DNA of 64,000 nt from Ginglymostoma cirratum (Eukaryota). The position numbers were made by a program, and so were the translations under genes. Every line of letters starts with the position of its first letter. Within the stretch, counting starts at the first letter, position 1. The notes beneath the pieces were generated by a model. It was not told where the DNA came from. It saw only the letters and a list, made by a program, of their open reading frames with translations, and did no database searches. The DNA is taken from the NCBI GenBank assembly GCA_024137785.1, contig JAHRHZ010000144.1, forward strand, positions 36,482,672 to 36,546,671. The letters are read 5' to 3'. Positions 24,101 to 39,100 of the stretch are shown in pieces.

Positions 24101-27100
24101 GGCATAGGTGAACCAGCTGAGACTTCAGATCCTATAAGAGCATCTGAAGCCCCATCACCTCCCGAACGCCTACACATTATGGATATCACAAAGCATACTG
24201 TTAGTCTGTCTTGGCCAAAACCAGAACATGATGGTGGTAGCAAGATTACAGGATATGTACTTGAGGCACAGAAGAAAGATTCTGAAAAATGGATGGCTTT
24301 GGCAACTGTAAAGACACTAGATTATGTTGCAAAGAATCTTAGTGAAAACGAAGAATACACATTCCGAGTGATGGCAGTCAATGCTGTTGGAAGGAGTGAT
24401 CCACGAGAAAGCAGACCAGTTCTTGTGAAAGAACAAACTATGCTTCCGGAATTTGATCTGCGTGGCATATACCAGAAGCTTGTGATTGCAAAGGCAGGTG
24501 ATAATATCAAAGTTGATATCCCTGTCCTTGGTCAACCCAAACCAACAGTCACTTGGAAGAAGGATGACCAGCCTTTGAAGCAAACACAGAGAATAAATGT
24601 GGAGAGTACAGCAAATTCAACTATACTCAACATCAATGAATGCACACGAAATGACAGTGGCAAGTTCACACTGACTGCTAAAAATATACTTGGTGAAGTA
24701 AGTGACATCATCACTGTTCAAGTTCATGACATTCCAGGGCCCCCAAAAGGACCAATTAAATTTGATGAAATTTCATCTGATTACATATTGCTGTCATGGG
24801 AGCCTCCTGAAAATGATGGTGGAGTGCCAATAACCAATTACATCGTAGAAATGCGTGAGACCGACAGCACTTCATGGGTAGAGCTAGCAGCTACTGTAAT
24901 ACGTACAACATTTAAAGCACCTCACCTTACAACTGGAACTGAATATCAGTTCCGAATTAAAGCTCAGAACAGGTATGGTGTCGGTCCTGCAATTTCTTCA
25001 GAGGCTGTTGTCGCAGCATACCCATTTAAGGTGCCAGGACCTCCCGGAACTCCTCAAGTTATTGCTGTTAGTAAGGATTCAATGACAATCACCTGGAATG
25101 ACCCTGTTACCGATGGTGGAAGTCGAATTTTTGGATACCATGTTGAAAGAAAGGAAAGAAATAGTATACTTTGGCAAACTGTAAGTAAGTCATTGGTTGT
25201 AGGCACCACATTTAAATCAACTGGACTTACTGATGGCATTGCATATGAATTCCGTGTAATAGCAGAAAACTTGGCTGGCAAAGGTAAACCAAGTAAACCC
25301 TCGGAACCAGTGTATGCATTGGACCCCATTGATCCTCCTGGTAAACCAGTTCCACTTAACATTACAAGAAATTCTGTGACACTCACCTGGACAAAACCAG
25401 AATTTGATGGAGGCTTCAAAATAACTGGTTACACAGTGGAAAAGAGAGATCTACCTAGTGGCCGCTGGCTTAAGGCAAACTTTAGTAATGTCCTGGAGAC
25501 TGTCTTTACTGTCAGTGGTCTTAATGAAGGTGACAAGTATGAGTTCCGTGTATTAGCTCGTAATGCTGCTGGTTCAATAAGCAAACCATCTGAACCTACT
25601 GATGCAATCATATGCAGAGATGACATTGAAGAACCCAGAATAATGGTTGATGCTAAATTCAAGAGTCTTATACTATTGAAAGCAGGTGAAATCTTCAAAC
25701 TCGAAGCAGATGTCAGAGGACAACCACCACCAACCATGGTCTGGACAAAAGATGGAAATGAACTTGAAGAAACCGGAAAAGTGGAAGTAAAGATGTCAGA
25801 TTTCTCTACTGTTCTTACTCACAAAGACAGCGTAAGAAGAGATGGTGGTGCTTATATGCTTACTGCAAGCAATCCTGGAGGAACAGCGAAGCATGTTTTT
25901 AATGTCAAGATTTTGGATAGACCTGGACCTCCTGAAGCACCTATCATAATTTCAGATGTCACAGCAGAAAAATGTGTGATATCATGGTTGCCGCCAGTAG
26001 ATGATGGTGGTGCAAAGATTGACCACTACGTCGTTGAAAAACGTGAAACCAGTAGACTTGCATGGACTAATGTGGCTACAGATGTTCAACTAACCAAATT
26101 AAAGATAACCAAACTTCTGCAAGGGAATGAATATATTTTCCGTGTTATGGCAGTAAATAAATATGGGGTTGGAGAACCATTAGAATCTGAACCTGTTGTC
26201 GCTGCCAATCCATTTGTCCCACCTAGCCCGCCAAAGAATCCCACGGTTACAGCTATTACGAAGGATTCAATGGTGGTTTGTTGGGAGCATCCTGATTCTG
26301 ATGGTGGAAGTGAAATAACTAACTACATTATTGAGAGGCGTGACAAGACAGGAATGCGCTGGATTAAATGCAACAAAAGAACCGTCACTGATCTACGATA
26401 CAAAATTGGAAAGCTTACAGAAGGCCATGAATATGAATACAGAATCATGGCTGAAAATGCTGCTGGTGTAAGTCAACCCAGTTCTTCCAGCCCATATTAT
26501 AAAGCAATGGATACTGTGTTCAAACCTGGACCACCAGGTAACCCTAGAGTCCTAGACACGAGCAGATCTTCAATCACTATAGCATGGAATAAACCCATTT
26601 ATGATGGCGGCTCAGAAATTACAGGTTACATGGTTGAAACAAGTCTCCCTGAAGAGGATGAATGGACAGTTGTAACACCACAGAGTGGACTCCAGGCCAC
26701 ATCTTTCACAATCACTAATCTGAAAGAAAACCAAGAGTACAAAGTTCGCATATATGCTATGAACTCTGAAGGTATTGGAGAACCTGCACAAATTCCTGGA
26801 ACAGCTAAAGCTGAAGAAAGGTTATTGCCTCCTGAAATTGAGCTTGATGCAGACTTGCGTAAAGTGGTATCTATAAGAGCTTGTTGCACTTTGAGATTAT
26901 TTGTCACAATTAGAGGAAGACCGACACCTGAAATTAAATGGGCAAGGGAAGACGGGGAACCCCTGGATCGAGCTTCAATTGAAAATACAAGCTCATACTC
27001 TCTCCTTATCATTCAAAATGTGAATAGATTTGACAGTGGCAAGTATATCTTAACAGTTGAGAACAGTGGTGGCAGCAAATCTGCTTTTGTCAATGTTAGA

Positions 27101-30100
27101 GTTCTGGATACCCCAGGAGCACCGCAGAATCTTAAAGTTAAGGAAGTTTCTAAAGAGTCAGTTACAATCACTTGGGAACCTCCACTCATTGATGGTGGCT
27201 CCAAGATTAATAATTACATTGTGGAGAAAAGAGAATCAACAAGAAAAGCATACTCTACAGTGATTGCCAACTGTCATAAAACAACCTGGAAGGTAGATCA
27301 CTTGCAAGAAGGTTGCAACTATTACTTCCGCGTCCTAGCGGAAAATGAATATGGAATAGGTCTTCCTGTTGAGACACCTGATGCAATTAAAGTATCAGAA
27401 AGGCCACTACCACCAGGCAAAGTGACTCTTGTCGATGTGACAAGAAACAGTGCAGTTTTGTCATGGGAGAAACCAGAGCATGACGGAGGCAGTAGAATTT
27501 TAGGATACATAGTAGAAATGCAAAGTAAAGGCAGTGATAAGTGGACTACATGTGCTACAGTGAAAATAACTGAAGCTACCATCACAGGATTGACACAAGG
27601 TGAAGAGTATATATTCCGAGTATCAGCACAAAATGAGAAAGGTGTCAGTGATCCCCGACAGCTAGGAGTCCCTGTCATTGCAAAGGATCTGGTGATTGCT
27701 CCTGTTCTGAAGCTTCTGTTTACCACATTCAGTGTCCTAGCAGGAGAAGATTTAAAGGTTGATGTGCCATTTATTGCACGCCCGAAACCAACTGTATCTT
27801 GGCTGAAAGATAATCAGCCATTAAAACAAACAACAAGGATAAATGCTGAGACCAAAGATAATAGAGCAGTTCTGATGATCAAGGAGGCCTGTCGTGAAGA
27901 TGTGGGTCAGTACAACGTAAAACTTACAAATACAGCCGGGGAAGCATCTGAAAATCTTAGCATTGTTGTTTTAGACAAGCCTGGGCCTCCAACTGGACCA
28001 GTTAAAATTGATGACGTTACTGCAGACAGCATTATTGTATCATGGAATCCACCAGAATATGATGGTGGTTGTCAAATCAACAATTATATCGTTGAGAAAA
28101 GAGATACTTCAACCACTGTCTGGCAGATTGTTTCTGCTACTGTTGCCCGAACAACAATTAAAGCTGCACGTTTAAAGACTGGTACTGAATATCAGTTCAG
28201 AATTGCAGCTGAGAATAGATATGGAAAGAGTAGTTACCTTACTTCTGAATCTGTTGTGGCACAATACCCTTACAAGACACCTGGCCCACCTGGTACTCCT
28301 TTCATAACAAATATTACAAAGGATAGCATGGTGGTGCAATGGAATGAACCAGTCAATGATGGTGGCAGCAGAGTTCTAGGTTACCATCTTGAACGCAAAG
28401 AAAGAAATAGCATTTTATGGATGAAATTGAACAAGACAATTATTTCCGATACAAAATTAAAGTCTACAAATCTTGAAGAAGGCATTGAATATGAATATAG
28501 AGTTTATGCTGAGAACATCGTTGGCATTGGCAAACCAAGCAAAGTGTCGGAATGCGTCGCCGCTAGAGATCCTTGTGATCCTCCAGGTCGCCCTGAAGCA
28601 ATAATTGTCACTAGAAATTCCGTGACATTACAGTGGACCAAACCTGAATATGATGGAGGCAGCAAAATCACTGGCTACATTGTTGAAAAGAAAGAACTTC
28701 CTGATGGTCGTTGGATGAAAGCCAGCTTTACAAATGTCATTGATACTCAGTTTGCTGTAACTGGCTTAGTTGAAGACCAGAGATATGAGTTCAGGGTAAT
28801 CGCTAGAAATGCAGCTGGTGTATTCAGTGAACCATCTGAATCCACTGGTCCAATTACTGTTAGAGATGAAGTAGACCCACCTCGAATTAGCATGGATCCA
28901 CAATATAAGGAGGGTATTGTAGTACATGCAGCTGAAACATTCAAAATTGAAGCTGATGTTTATGGAAAGCCAATACCTACAATCCAATGGATGAAAGGAG
29001 ACCAAGAACTTGAAAACACAGCTAGGCTTGATATTAAAAGTACAGATTTTAATACAATTTTGACAGTCAAGGAAACTATTCGTATAGATAGTGGCCACTA
29101 TACCCTGTTGGTAAAGAACGTAGCTGGTGAAAAGTCTGCTATTGTTAATGTGAAGGTACTAGATAGACCAGGACCACCTGAAGGCCCAATTGTTATAACT
29201 GGAGTAACTGCTGAGAAATGCACATTGACCTGGAAGCCACCAAAACACGATGGTGGTAGTGATGTGTCACATTACATTGTTGAAAGGAGAGAAACTAGTC
29301 GTTTAGTCTGGACATTAGTTGATGCTAATGTCCAAACTCCAAGTTGCAAAGTTACCAAGCTTCTGGAAGGAAATGAATACATCTTCCGTGTTATGGGTGT
29401 AAACAAATATGGTGTAGGTGAGCCACTTGAATCAGATCCTGTAATAGCAAAGAATCCATTTGTACGCCCTGATCCACCAAAGACACCTGAGGTTACTGCG
29501 ATCACAAAGGACTCAATGGTAGTTGTATGGGGAAGACCTGTATCTGACGGTGGTAGTGAAATTCAGGGTTACATTTTGGAAAAACGTGACAAGGAAGGCA
29601 TTAGATGGACAAGGTGTAACAAACGGCTGGTCAGTGAACTACGTTACAGGACAACTGGACTTATAGAAAACCATAATTATGAATTTAGGGTATCTGCTGA
29701 AAATGCTGCTGGTATCAGTGAACCAAGTCCATGCTCCATTTTCTATCAGGCATCTGACCCTATCTACAAACCTGGACCACCCAACAATCCCAAAATAACT
29801 GATTTTACAAGGTCTTCTGTCTTCCTTTCATGGGGTAAACCCATTTATGATGGAGGATGTGAAATTCAAGGATACCTTGTGGAGATGTGTGATGTAAGCA
29901 CCGATGAATGGATAATGTGCACAGCAGCAAGTGGCATTAAGCAGACCCACTTTGAAGTGGCTAAATTGCAGGAAAAGCATGAATACAAGTTCCGTGTCTG
30001 TGCTATCAATAAAGCTGGAGTTGGCGAACATGCTGACTTTCCTGGTACTGTCCTTTTGGAAGATAAGTTAGAAGCTCCAGACCTTGACCTTGATGCTGAT

Positions 30101-33100
30101 TTGAGGAAGGTTATTAACGTCAGAGCAAGTTGTTCTTTGAGATTATTTGTTCCTATCAGAGGGCGCCCTGCTCCAGAAGTGAAATGGACCAAGGCAGATG
30201 GTGAAATAAGAGACACTGCACATATTGAAATTTCTGAAAGTTACACATTGCTTGTAATTGACAATGTTAACAGATATGACTCTGGCAAATACATATTAAC
30301 TCTGGAAAATAGTAGCGGAACAAAATCTGCATTCGTTACTGTGAGAGTCCTTGATACACCAGGCCCACCAGTTAATCTCAAAGTAAGGGATATAACTAAA
30401 GATAGTGTCACCCTATCATGGGAGTATCCTATCTTGGATGGAGGCGCTAAAATTAAGAACTTCATTGTGGAAAAACGTGAATCTACAAGGAAAGCCTACG
30501 CAGCTGTTATCACAAACTGCCACAAGACCACTTTTAAGATAGAACAACTCCAGGAAGGTTGCAATTATTATTTTAGAGTAACTGCTGAAAACGAGCATGG
30601 AATTGGAATACCTGCAGAAACTGCTGACCCAGTTAAAGTATCTGAGGTACCACAGCCTCCAGGAAAAATAACAGTGGTTGATGTGACAAGAAAGTCTGTA
30701 TCCCTTTCCTGGGAGAAACCAGAACATGATGGTGGTAGCAGAATTATCCAGTATATTGTAGAAATGCAGAGTAAAGGTAGCGAAAAATGGTTGGCATGTG
30801 CACATGTAAAAACACTTGAGGCAACAATCCAAAACCTAACACAAGGAGAAGAGTATCTGTTCAGAGTCATAGCAGTGAATGAAAAAGGCAAGAGTGACCC
30901 AAGAACCCTTGCAGTACCTGTGGTTGCTAAAGATCTTGTGATTGAACCAGATGTCAGACCAGCATTTAGTAGTTACAGTGTACAAGTAGGACAAGACTTA
31001 AAAATTGAGATCCCAATAGCTGGATGTCCTAAACCAACTATTACTTGGACAAAGGATGGTCAACCACTCAAGCAGACAACTCGAGTTAATGTGGTTGACT
31101 CTGACAATGCTACAGTCCTAACCATCAAGGAATCAATGAGAGATGATCATGGATTGTACGGTATCAATGTGGCTAATGCTGTCGGACAAAAGACAGCAAC
31201 TATTGAAATAATAACACTTGATAAGCCAGGTCCACCAAGTGGCCCTGTAAGGTTTGATGAAGTTAGTGCTGAAAGCATTACAATTTCGTGGGATCCGCCA
31301 AGCTTTACTGGTGGCTGTCAAATAACTAATTATGTAGTTGAGAAGAGAGATACAACTACCGTAAACTGGGAGGTTGTTTCAGCTACAGTTGCAAGAACAA
31401 GTCTGAAGGTAACCAAACTTAAAACTGGAGCAGAATATCAATTTAGGATATTTGCTGAAAACAGGTATGGTAGAAGTTTTGGTTTGGATTCCCAGGCAAT
31501 TATAGCACAGTATCCATTTAAAGAGCCTGGCCCACCAGGTACACCATTTGTAGCAGCTGTTACTAAAGACAGCATGGAAGTGCAGTGGCACGAACCAATC
31601 AATGACGGAGGTAGCAAAATCTTAGGGTATCATCTTGAGCGCAAAGAAAGAAACAGCATTCTTTGGACAAAAATCAACAGAACCGTTATACCAGACACAA
31701 GGTTTAAAACATCAGGACTCGAAGAAGGCATTGAATATGAATTCAGAGTGTATGCTGAAAATATTGTTGGTATTGGAAAGCCCAGCAAGGTGTCTGAATG
31801 CTACTTTGCACGAGATCCGTGTGATCCTCCAGGGTGTCCAGAAGCCATCACTGTAACCAGGAATTCAATAACACTTCAGTGGACAAAGCCTGCATATGAT
31901 GGTGGCAGTATCATAACTGGATATATAGTGGAGAAGCGTGATTTACCTGATGGTCGCTGGATGAAAGCAAGCTTTACAAATGTCATTGAGACTCAATTTA
32001 CTGTAACAGGCCTTACTGAAGATAATAGGTATGACTTCAGGGTTATTGCTAAGAATGCCGCAGGAACAATTAGCAAACCATCTGACAGCACTGGACCAAT
32101 TGTTGCAAAAGATGAAGTTGAACCACCCAGATTAGCTATGGATCCAAAATACAGAGAAACAATAGTGGTGAACGCGGGTGATGCGTTCAAGTTGGAAGCT
32201 GATGTTCATGGCAAACCGCAACCCATTATCCAGTGGTTCAAAGGTGACAAAGAAGTTGAAGAATCAGCAAGGCTTGAGATTAAAAATACAGATTTCAAAG
32301 CTTTACTTCTTGTTAAGGATGCAATTAGAGTAGATGGTGGGCAATACATTCTTCAGGCTTCTAATGTGGCAGGTATAAAATCTGCTCCTATCAATGTAAA
32401 AGTTTTGGACAGATCAGGACCTCCTTTAGGCCCAATCCGAGTTACAGGTGTCACTGCTGAGAAGTGTTCATTATCTTGGAGCCCACCAGAACATGATGGT
32501 GGAAGTGCAATCTTACACTATATTATTGAGAAAAGAGAAACTAGTCGCCTTGCTTGGACTGTTGTGGCATCAGAAGTTCAAGCTACTATGCACAAAGTTA
32601 CCAAACTTTTAGAAGGTAATGAATATATCTTCCGTATAATGGCTGTCAATAAATTCGGTGTTGGGGAACCCTTGGAGTCTGCACCCGTGTTAATGAAGAG
32701 TCCATTTACACCTCCTGGTCCACCAAAATCTTTAGAAATAGCCAATGTTGCAAAAGACTCGATGACTGTTTGCTGGACTAGACCAGATAGTGATGGTGGT
32801 AGTGAAATTACAGGTTACATTATAGAGAAGAGGGACAGGACTGGCATCAGATGGACCAAGTGCAACAAGCATAGAATAACAGATTTGCGCTTTAGAGTCA
32901 CAGGACTCACAGAAGACCATGAATATGAATTTAGGGTATCAGCTGAAAATGTTGCTGGAATTGGTGAACCAAGTCAGCCAACAAATTTCTACAAAGCATG
33001 TGATCCTGTTTATAAACCTGGGCCACCAGCAAATCCACACATTGTAGACACTACAAAAAGTTCTGTCGTGCTAGTTTGGGGAAAACCAATTTATGATGGT

Positions 33101-36100
33101 GGCAGTGACATTCAAGGATATATAGTAGAAATACGTAAAGCAGATGAGGAAGACTGGACAATGTGCACACCACAAACTGGTATTCAGGGTACCCGCTTTG
33201 AAATTGGGAAACTTACTGAACATCAGGAATATAACACTCGTGTATGTGCCATCAACAAGGTTGGAGTTGGTGAACCAGCATCAGTAGCTGGTGCAGTTAA
33301 ACCAGAAGATAAACTTGAAACACCTGAAATTGAACTTTCAGCCGATTTAAGAAAAGGAATCACAGTTAGAGCTGGGGGTACTGCCAGAATCTTCACACCA
33401 TTTAAAGGGAGACCATCCCCCGAGATCAGTTGGTCAAAGGATGAAGGAGAACTAACTGAGAAGTGTCAAGTAGAAAAGAGTTTAAGTTTTACTCAACTAA
33501 CAATAGACAACTGTGACAGAAATGATGCTGGAAAATATATTCTGACTTTGGTGAACAGCAGTGGTACGAAGTCTGCGTTTGTTACAGTAAAAGTTCTTGA
33601 CACTCCTGGAGCTCCACAAAATTTGACTGTGAAGGATGTAAAGAAAGAATCAGTTATACTACAATGGGAGCCACCCCTTATTGATGGAGGTGCAAAAATT
33701 AAAAACTATGTTGTCGATAAGCGTGAATCAACCAGAAAAGCTTATGCCAATATAACTGCTAAATGTAACAAGTGCAGCTTCAAAGTTGAGAATCTCACTG
33801 AGGGAGCGATTTATTACTTCCGTGTGATGGCAGAGAATGAGTATGGTATTGGTATACCCGTTGAGACAACGGATGCTGTAAAGGCTTCGGAGCCACCTTT
33901 ACCACCAGGAAAAATCACCCTTGTCGATGTCACCCAAAAGAGTGTGTCTCTAACATGGGAGAAACCGGAACATGATGGAGGTAGCAGAATTATGGGATAC
34001 TTGGTAGAAATGCAGCCAAAAGGATCTGAACATTGGGGTGTTATTACCCAATCCAAAACATGTGATGCAGTAATTTCTGGTCTCAGTTCAGGACAGGAAT
34101 ATCTCTTCCGTGTGATTGCTTTCAATGAGAAAGGAAAAAGTGATCCTAGAGCCTTGGCTGTGCCAGTGATAGCTAAAGATCAAAGTATTGCACCTGCTTT
34201 CAAACTCATGTTCAATACATATAGTGTCCAAGCTGGGGAGAGCCTTAAAGTTGAAGTTCCATTTATTGGTTGTCCAAAACCTAAGATTATATGGATGAAA
34301 GATGGTCAGACACTAAAACAGACAACAAGAATTAATGTGGAGGAAGCAGCCACAGCAACAATCATTCATGTTAAAGAAAGTCATAGAGATGACCATGGGA
34401 AGTATTCTGTAAGTGCTACAAACAGTGCTGGGAAGGTAACAGAAGAGATAGGCATCATTGTGCTTGATAAGCCAGGTCCTCCAGTTGGACCAGTCCGATT
34501 TGATGAAGTTAGTGCTAATTTTGTTGTAATGTCATGGAATCCACCAGAATATACTGGAGGCTGTCAAATTAACAACTACATTGTTGAAAAACGGGACACA
34601 ACTACTACTGATTGGCAGCTGGTGTCTGCAACTGTGGCAAGGACCACTATTAAGATTACAAAACTGAACACAGGATCCGAATATCAGTTCAAAATCTTTG
34701 CCGAAAATAGATATGGGAAGAGTACATCTTTAGATTCTTCAGCAGTCATTGCACAGTACCCATATAAACACCCTGGTCCACCAGGCACTCCATTTGTGAC
34801 AGCTGCTACAAAGGATTCCATGTATGTGCAATGGAATGAGCCAGTGATTGATGGTGGAAGTAGAATTTTGGGTTACCATCTTGAACGCAAAGAAAGGAAT
34901 AGCATTTTGTGGACTAAACTGAACAAAATAATAATTCAAGATACCCACTACAAATGTAATAACCTGGAAGAAGGTATTGAGTACGAGTTCAGAGTTTATG
35001 CAGAGAATATTGTTGGCATTGGTAAGCCTAGCAAGGTTTCTGAATGTTATGTAGCCCGTGATCCTTGTGATCCTCCTGGCCGTCCTGAAGCTGTTGTCAT
35101 CACAAGAAATTATGTTACTCTACAATGGAAAAAGCCTCAGTATGACGGTGGTAGCAAAATTACGGGATACATGATAGAAAAGAAAGAACTTCCTGAAGGT
35201 CGCTGGATGAAAGCTAGTTTTACTAACATAATCGACACTGAATTTACTGCTACTGGATTAACTGAAGATGCAAGATATGAATTTAGAGTAATTGCAAGAA
35301 ATGCAGCTGGTACTTTCAGTGAACCATCTGAAAGCACTGGACCAATTACAGCAAGAGATGAAATTGAAGCTCCAACAGCTTCCATGGACCCTAAATACAA
35401 AGATGTAATTGTAGTTAATGCAGGAGACACCTTTGTACTTGAGGCTGACATCCATGGTAAACCAGTACCTGATGTAACATGGATAAAAGATGGCAAAGAT
35501 ATTGAAGCAAATGTTGCCAGAATGGAAACTAAGACTACCATTCAGACAACCTGTCTGACTGTCAAGGATTGTATAAGAACGGATGGAGGACACTATATAC
35601 TTAAGCTCAGTAATGTAGGTGGAACAAAATCTATTCCAATTACTGTCAAGGTCCTTGATAGGCCTGGCCCTCCTGATGGTGTTTTGACAGTTTCTGGTGT
35701 AACTGCAGAAAAGTGCTACTTGGCTTGGAATCCTCCTTCTCAGGATGGTGGCGCCAGTATTTCTCATTACATAATAGAAAAGAGAGAAACATCGCGACTT
35801 TCATGGACACAGGTTGCATCTGATGTGCAAGCTATTAGTCACAAAGTAACCAAACTTCTTGCAGGTAATGAGTATATATTCCGTGTAATGGCAGTAAACA
35901 AATATGGAATTGGTGAACCAGTGGAATCTGACCCAGTTGTGGCTAAAAACCCATTCCATACACCAAGTGCGCCAACAGTACCTGAGGTTACAGCTATTAC
36001 TAAAGATTCCATGGTTGTGACATGGGGACACCCTGATGATGATGGTGGAACTGAAATCGAAGGGTATATACTGGAGAAACGTGACAAAGATGGAATCAGA

Positions 36101-39100
36101 TGGACCAAATGCAATAAAAAGAGGTTGACTGATTTAAGGTTTAGAGTTACCGGTTTAACAGAAGGTCATTTCTACGAATTCCGTGTATCTGCTGAAAATG
36201 CAGCTGGCGTAGGTAATCCAAGTCAACCATCCATTTTCTATCGAGCTTGTGATGTGGTATATGTTCCTGGGCCGCCTAGCAATCCAAAGGTGGCAGACAC
36301 AACAAGATCTACCATAGCACTTACCTGGGGCAAACCCATTTATGATGGTGGAGCTGAAATTAAGGGTTATGCAATAGAAGTGAAAGAATCAAACACTGAC
36401 AACTGGATCACATGCACGCCTCCAATGGGTGTGCAGGTAACACATTTCACAGTAGAAGACTTGAAGGAGAATACTGAGTATAACATTCGCATCTGTGCCA
36501 TTAATTCAGAAGGTGTAGGAGAACCTGCCAATGTTTCTGGGACGGTAATTCCAGTTGATAAACTCGAGCCACCAGAAATTGAGCTAGATGCCAATCTCAG
36601 GAAGATTGTGTCTGTACGTGCTGGTGGTACTTTGAGGCTATTTGTCCCTATTAAAGGCAGACCAGAGCCTGAAGTAAAATGGGAAAAAGCTGAAGGAGCA
36701 TTAAGTGAGCAAGCCCAAATTGAAGTTACAAGCTCTTACACCATGCTGGTCATAGATAACGTCAACAGATTCCACAGTGGCAAGTATAATTTGACTTTGG
36801 AAAACAACAGTGGTACTAAATCTGCTTTTGTTAATGTCAGAGTACTTGATTCACCAAGTGCACCTTTGAACCTGCACATAAAAGAAGTGAAGAAAGATTC
36901 GGTGACCATATCGTGGGAGCCACCTCTTATTGATGGTGGAGCCAAGGTCACTAATTACATTGTTGAAAAACGTGAGTCAACCAGGAAGGCTTATGCTGCT
37001 GTTACCAACAATTGTACTAAAAACACCTTCAAAATTGACTCACTTCAAGAAGGTGGTATATATTTCTTCCGCGTAATGGCAGTTAATGAGTATGGAATTG
37101 GCTTGCCAGCAGAGACCACTGAGCCCATTAAAGCATCTGAGGTACCCTTACCTCCTGGCAAAGTGACATTGGTAGATATAACACGCAATAGTGCAACACT
37201 TACCTGGGAGAAACCTGAACATGATGGAGGTAGCAAAATAACTTCCTACATTGTCCAAATGCAGACAAAAGGAAGTGAAAAATGGATTTCATGTGCCCAA
37301 GTCAAAACATTAGAAGCAACAGTGAAAGGACTAACTTCAGGTGAGGAATACACCTTTGGCATAATAGCTGTGAATGAGAAAGGAAAGAGCGACCCAAGAC
37401 TGTTGGGAGTACCAGTGGTTGCAAAAGATATCGAAATTGAGCCATCTGCCGAGCTTCTTTTCAACAGCTATAGTGTAAAGGCTGGTGATGACCTTAAGAT
37501 TGACATACCATTTAGAGGAAGACCTTTACCAACTGTGACATGGAAGAAAAATGGTGAGCCTTTGAAACAGACAACACGAATAAGTGTTCAAACATCAAAA
37601 ACATCAACAATTCTTACCATCAAGGAAGCAATAAAGGAAGATGTTGGAAAATATGAAGTAATATTTTCTAATAATGCAGGATCAAAAACTTTCTTAATTA
37701 CTGTTATTGTTCTTGACAAACCTGGACCACCCAGTTCCATTCATATTGATGAAGTCAGTTCTGATTATATAACCCTATCTTGGAATGCACCAGAATACGA
37801 TGGTGGCTGCCAAATTAACAATTACATTGTTGAAAAGAGAGATACCACTACAACTGTATGGGAAACTGTTTCTGCTACTGTAGCAAGAACATCAATTAAA
37901 GTCATACACCTTACAGCAAAATGCGAATACCAGTTCCGTGTCTATGCAGAAAATCGATACGGCAAGAGCCACTATGTTGAATCCCCTGCTGTTGTTGCAG
38001 AGTATCCATTCAAGCCACCTGGTCCTCCTGCAACTCCTATTGTTGCCCATGCTACCAAAAGTTATATGATTGTAAAATGGAATGAACCAGTTGTTGATGG
38101 AGGTTCTAAGATTATTGGCTACCATCTTGAATGCAAAGAAAGAGGCAATATCTTGTGGACAAAGATGAATCGAAGTCCCATAGTTGACACAAAAATGAAA
38201 GTAACAGGCCTTGAAGAAGGTCTGATTTATGAATATCGTGTGTATGCTGAAAACATTGCTGGTATTGGTAGGCACAGTAAGGTTTCTGAGCCTGCTGCAG
38301 CAAGGGACCCATGTGATCCTCCTGGTCAACCTGAAGTAACATATATTACTAGAACCTCTGTTTCATTATCATGGACCAAGCCTGAATATGATGGTGGTGC
38401 TAAAGTAACTGGTTATATTATTGAATCTAGGGAACTACCCGATGGACGCTGGCTTAAGTGTAATTATACTAACGTCCAAGAAACGTATTTTGATGTTACT
38501 GGTCTTACTGAAGATCTGCGTTATGAGTTCCACATTATTGCAAAGAATGCTGCAGGGTTATTCAGTGAACCGTCTGAATCAACAGGACCTGTTACTGTTA
38601 AGGATGATATGGAAGCCCCAAGAATTATGATGGATGCCAAATTTAGAGAGATTGTTGTTAAGGCAGGTGAGACTGTCAAAGTCAACGTAGATATTGCGGG
38701 CCGCCCTCTTCCAGTGATATCATGGACAAAAGATGGCAAAGAGCTTGAAGGACAAGCTAGAGTTGAAATCCAATCAACTGACAGTAGCACTGCAATTGTC
38801 ATTAAAGACTGTGTTAGACGAGACTCAGGACAATATGTTATAACATTACAGAATGTTGCAGGAACAAGATCTCAAGCTATTAACTGCAAAGTACTTGACA
38901 GACCAGGCCCACCTGCTGGTCCTTTGGAAATAAGTGGCTGTACTGCAGAAAAGTGTTCATTGTCATGGGGGCTTCCTCAAGAGAATGGAGGAGCAGAAAT
39001 TGATCATTATATTGTCGAAAAGCGTGAAACAAGTCGTCTTGCTTGGACTTGTGTAGCAGAAAACATACCAACAACATCTTGTAAAGTGACTAAACTGCTT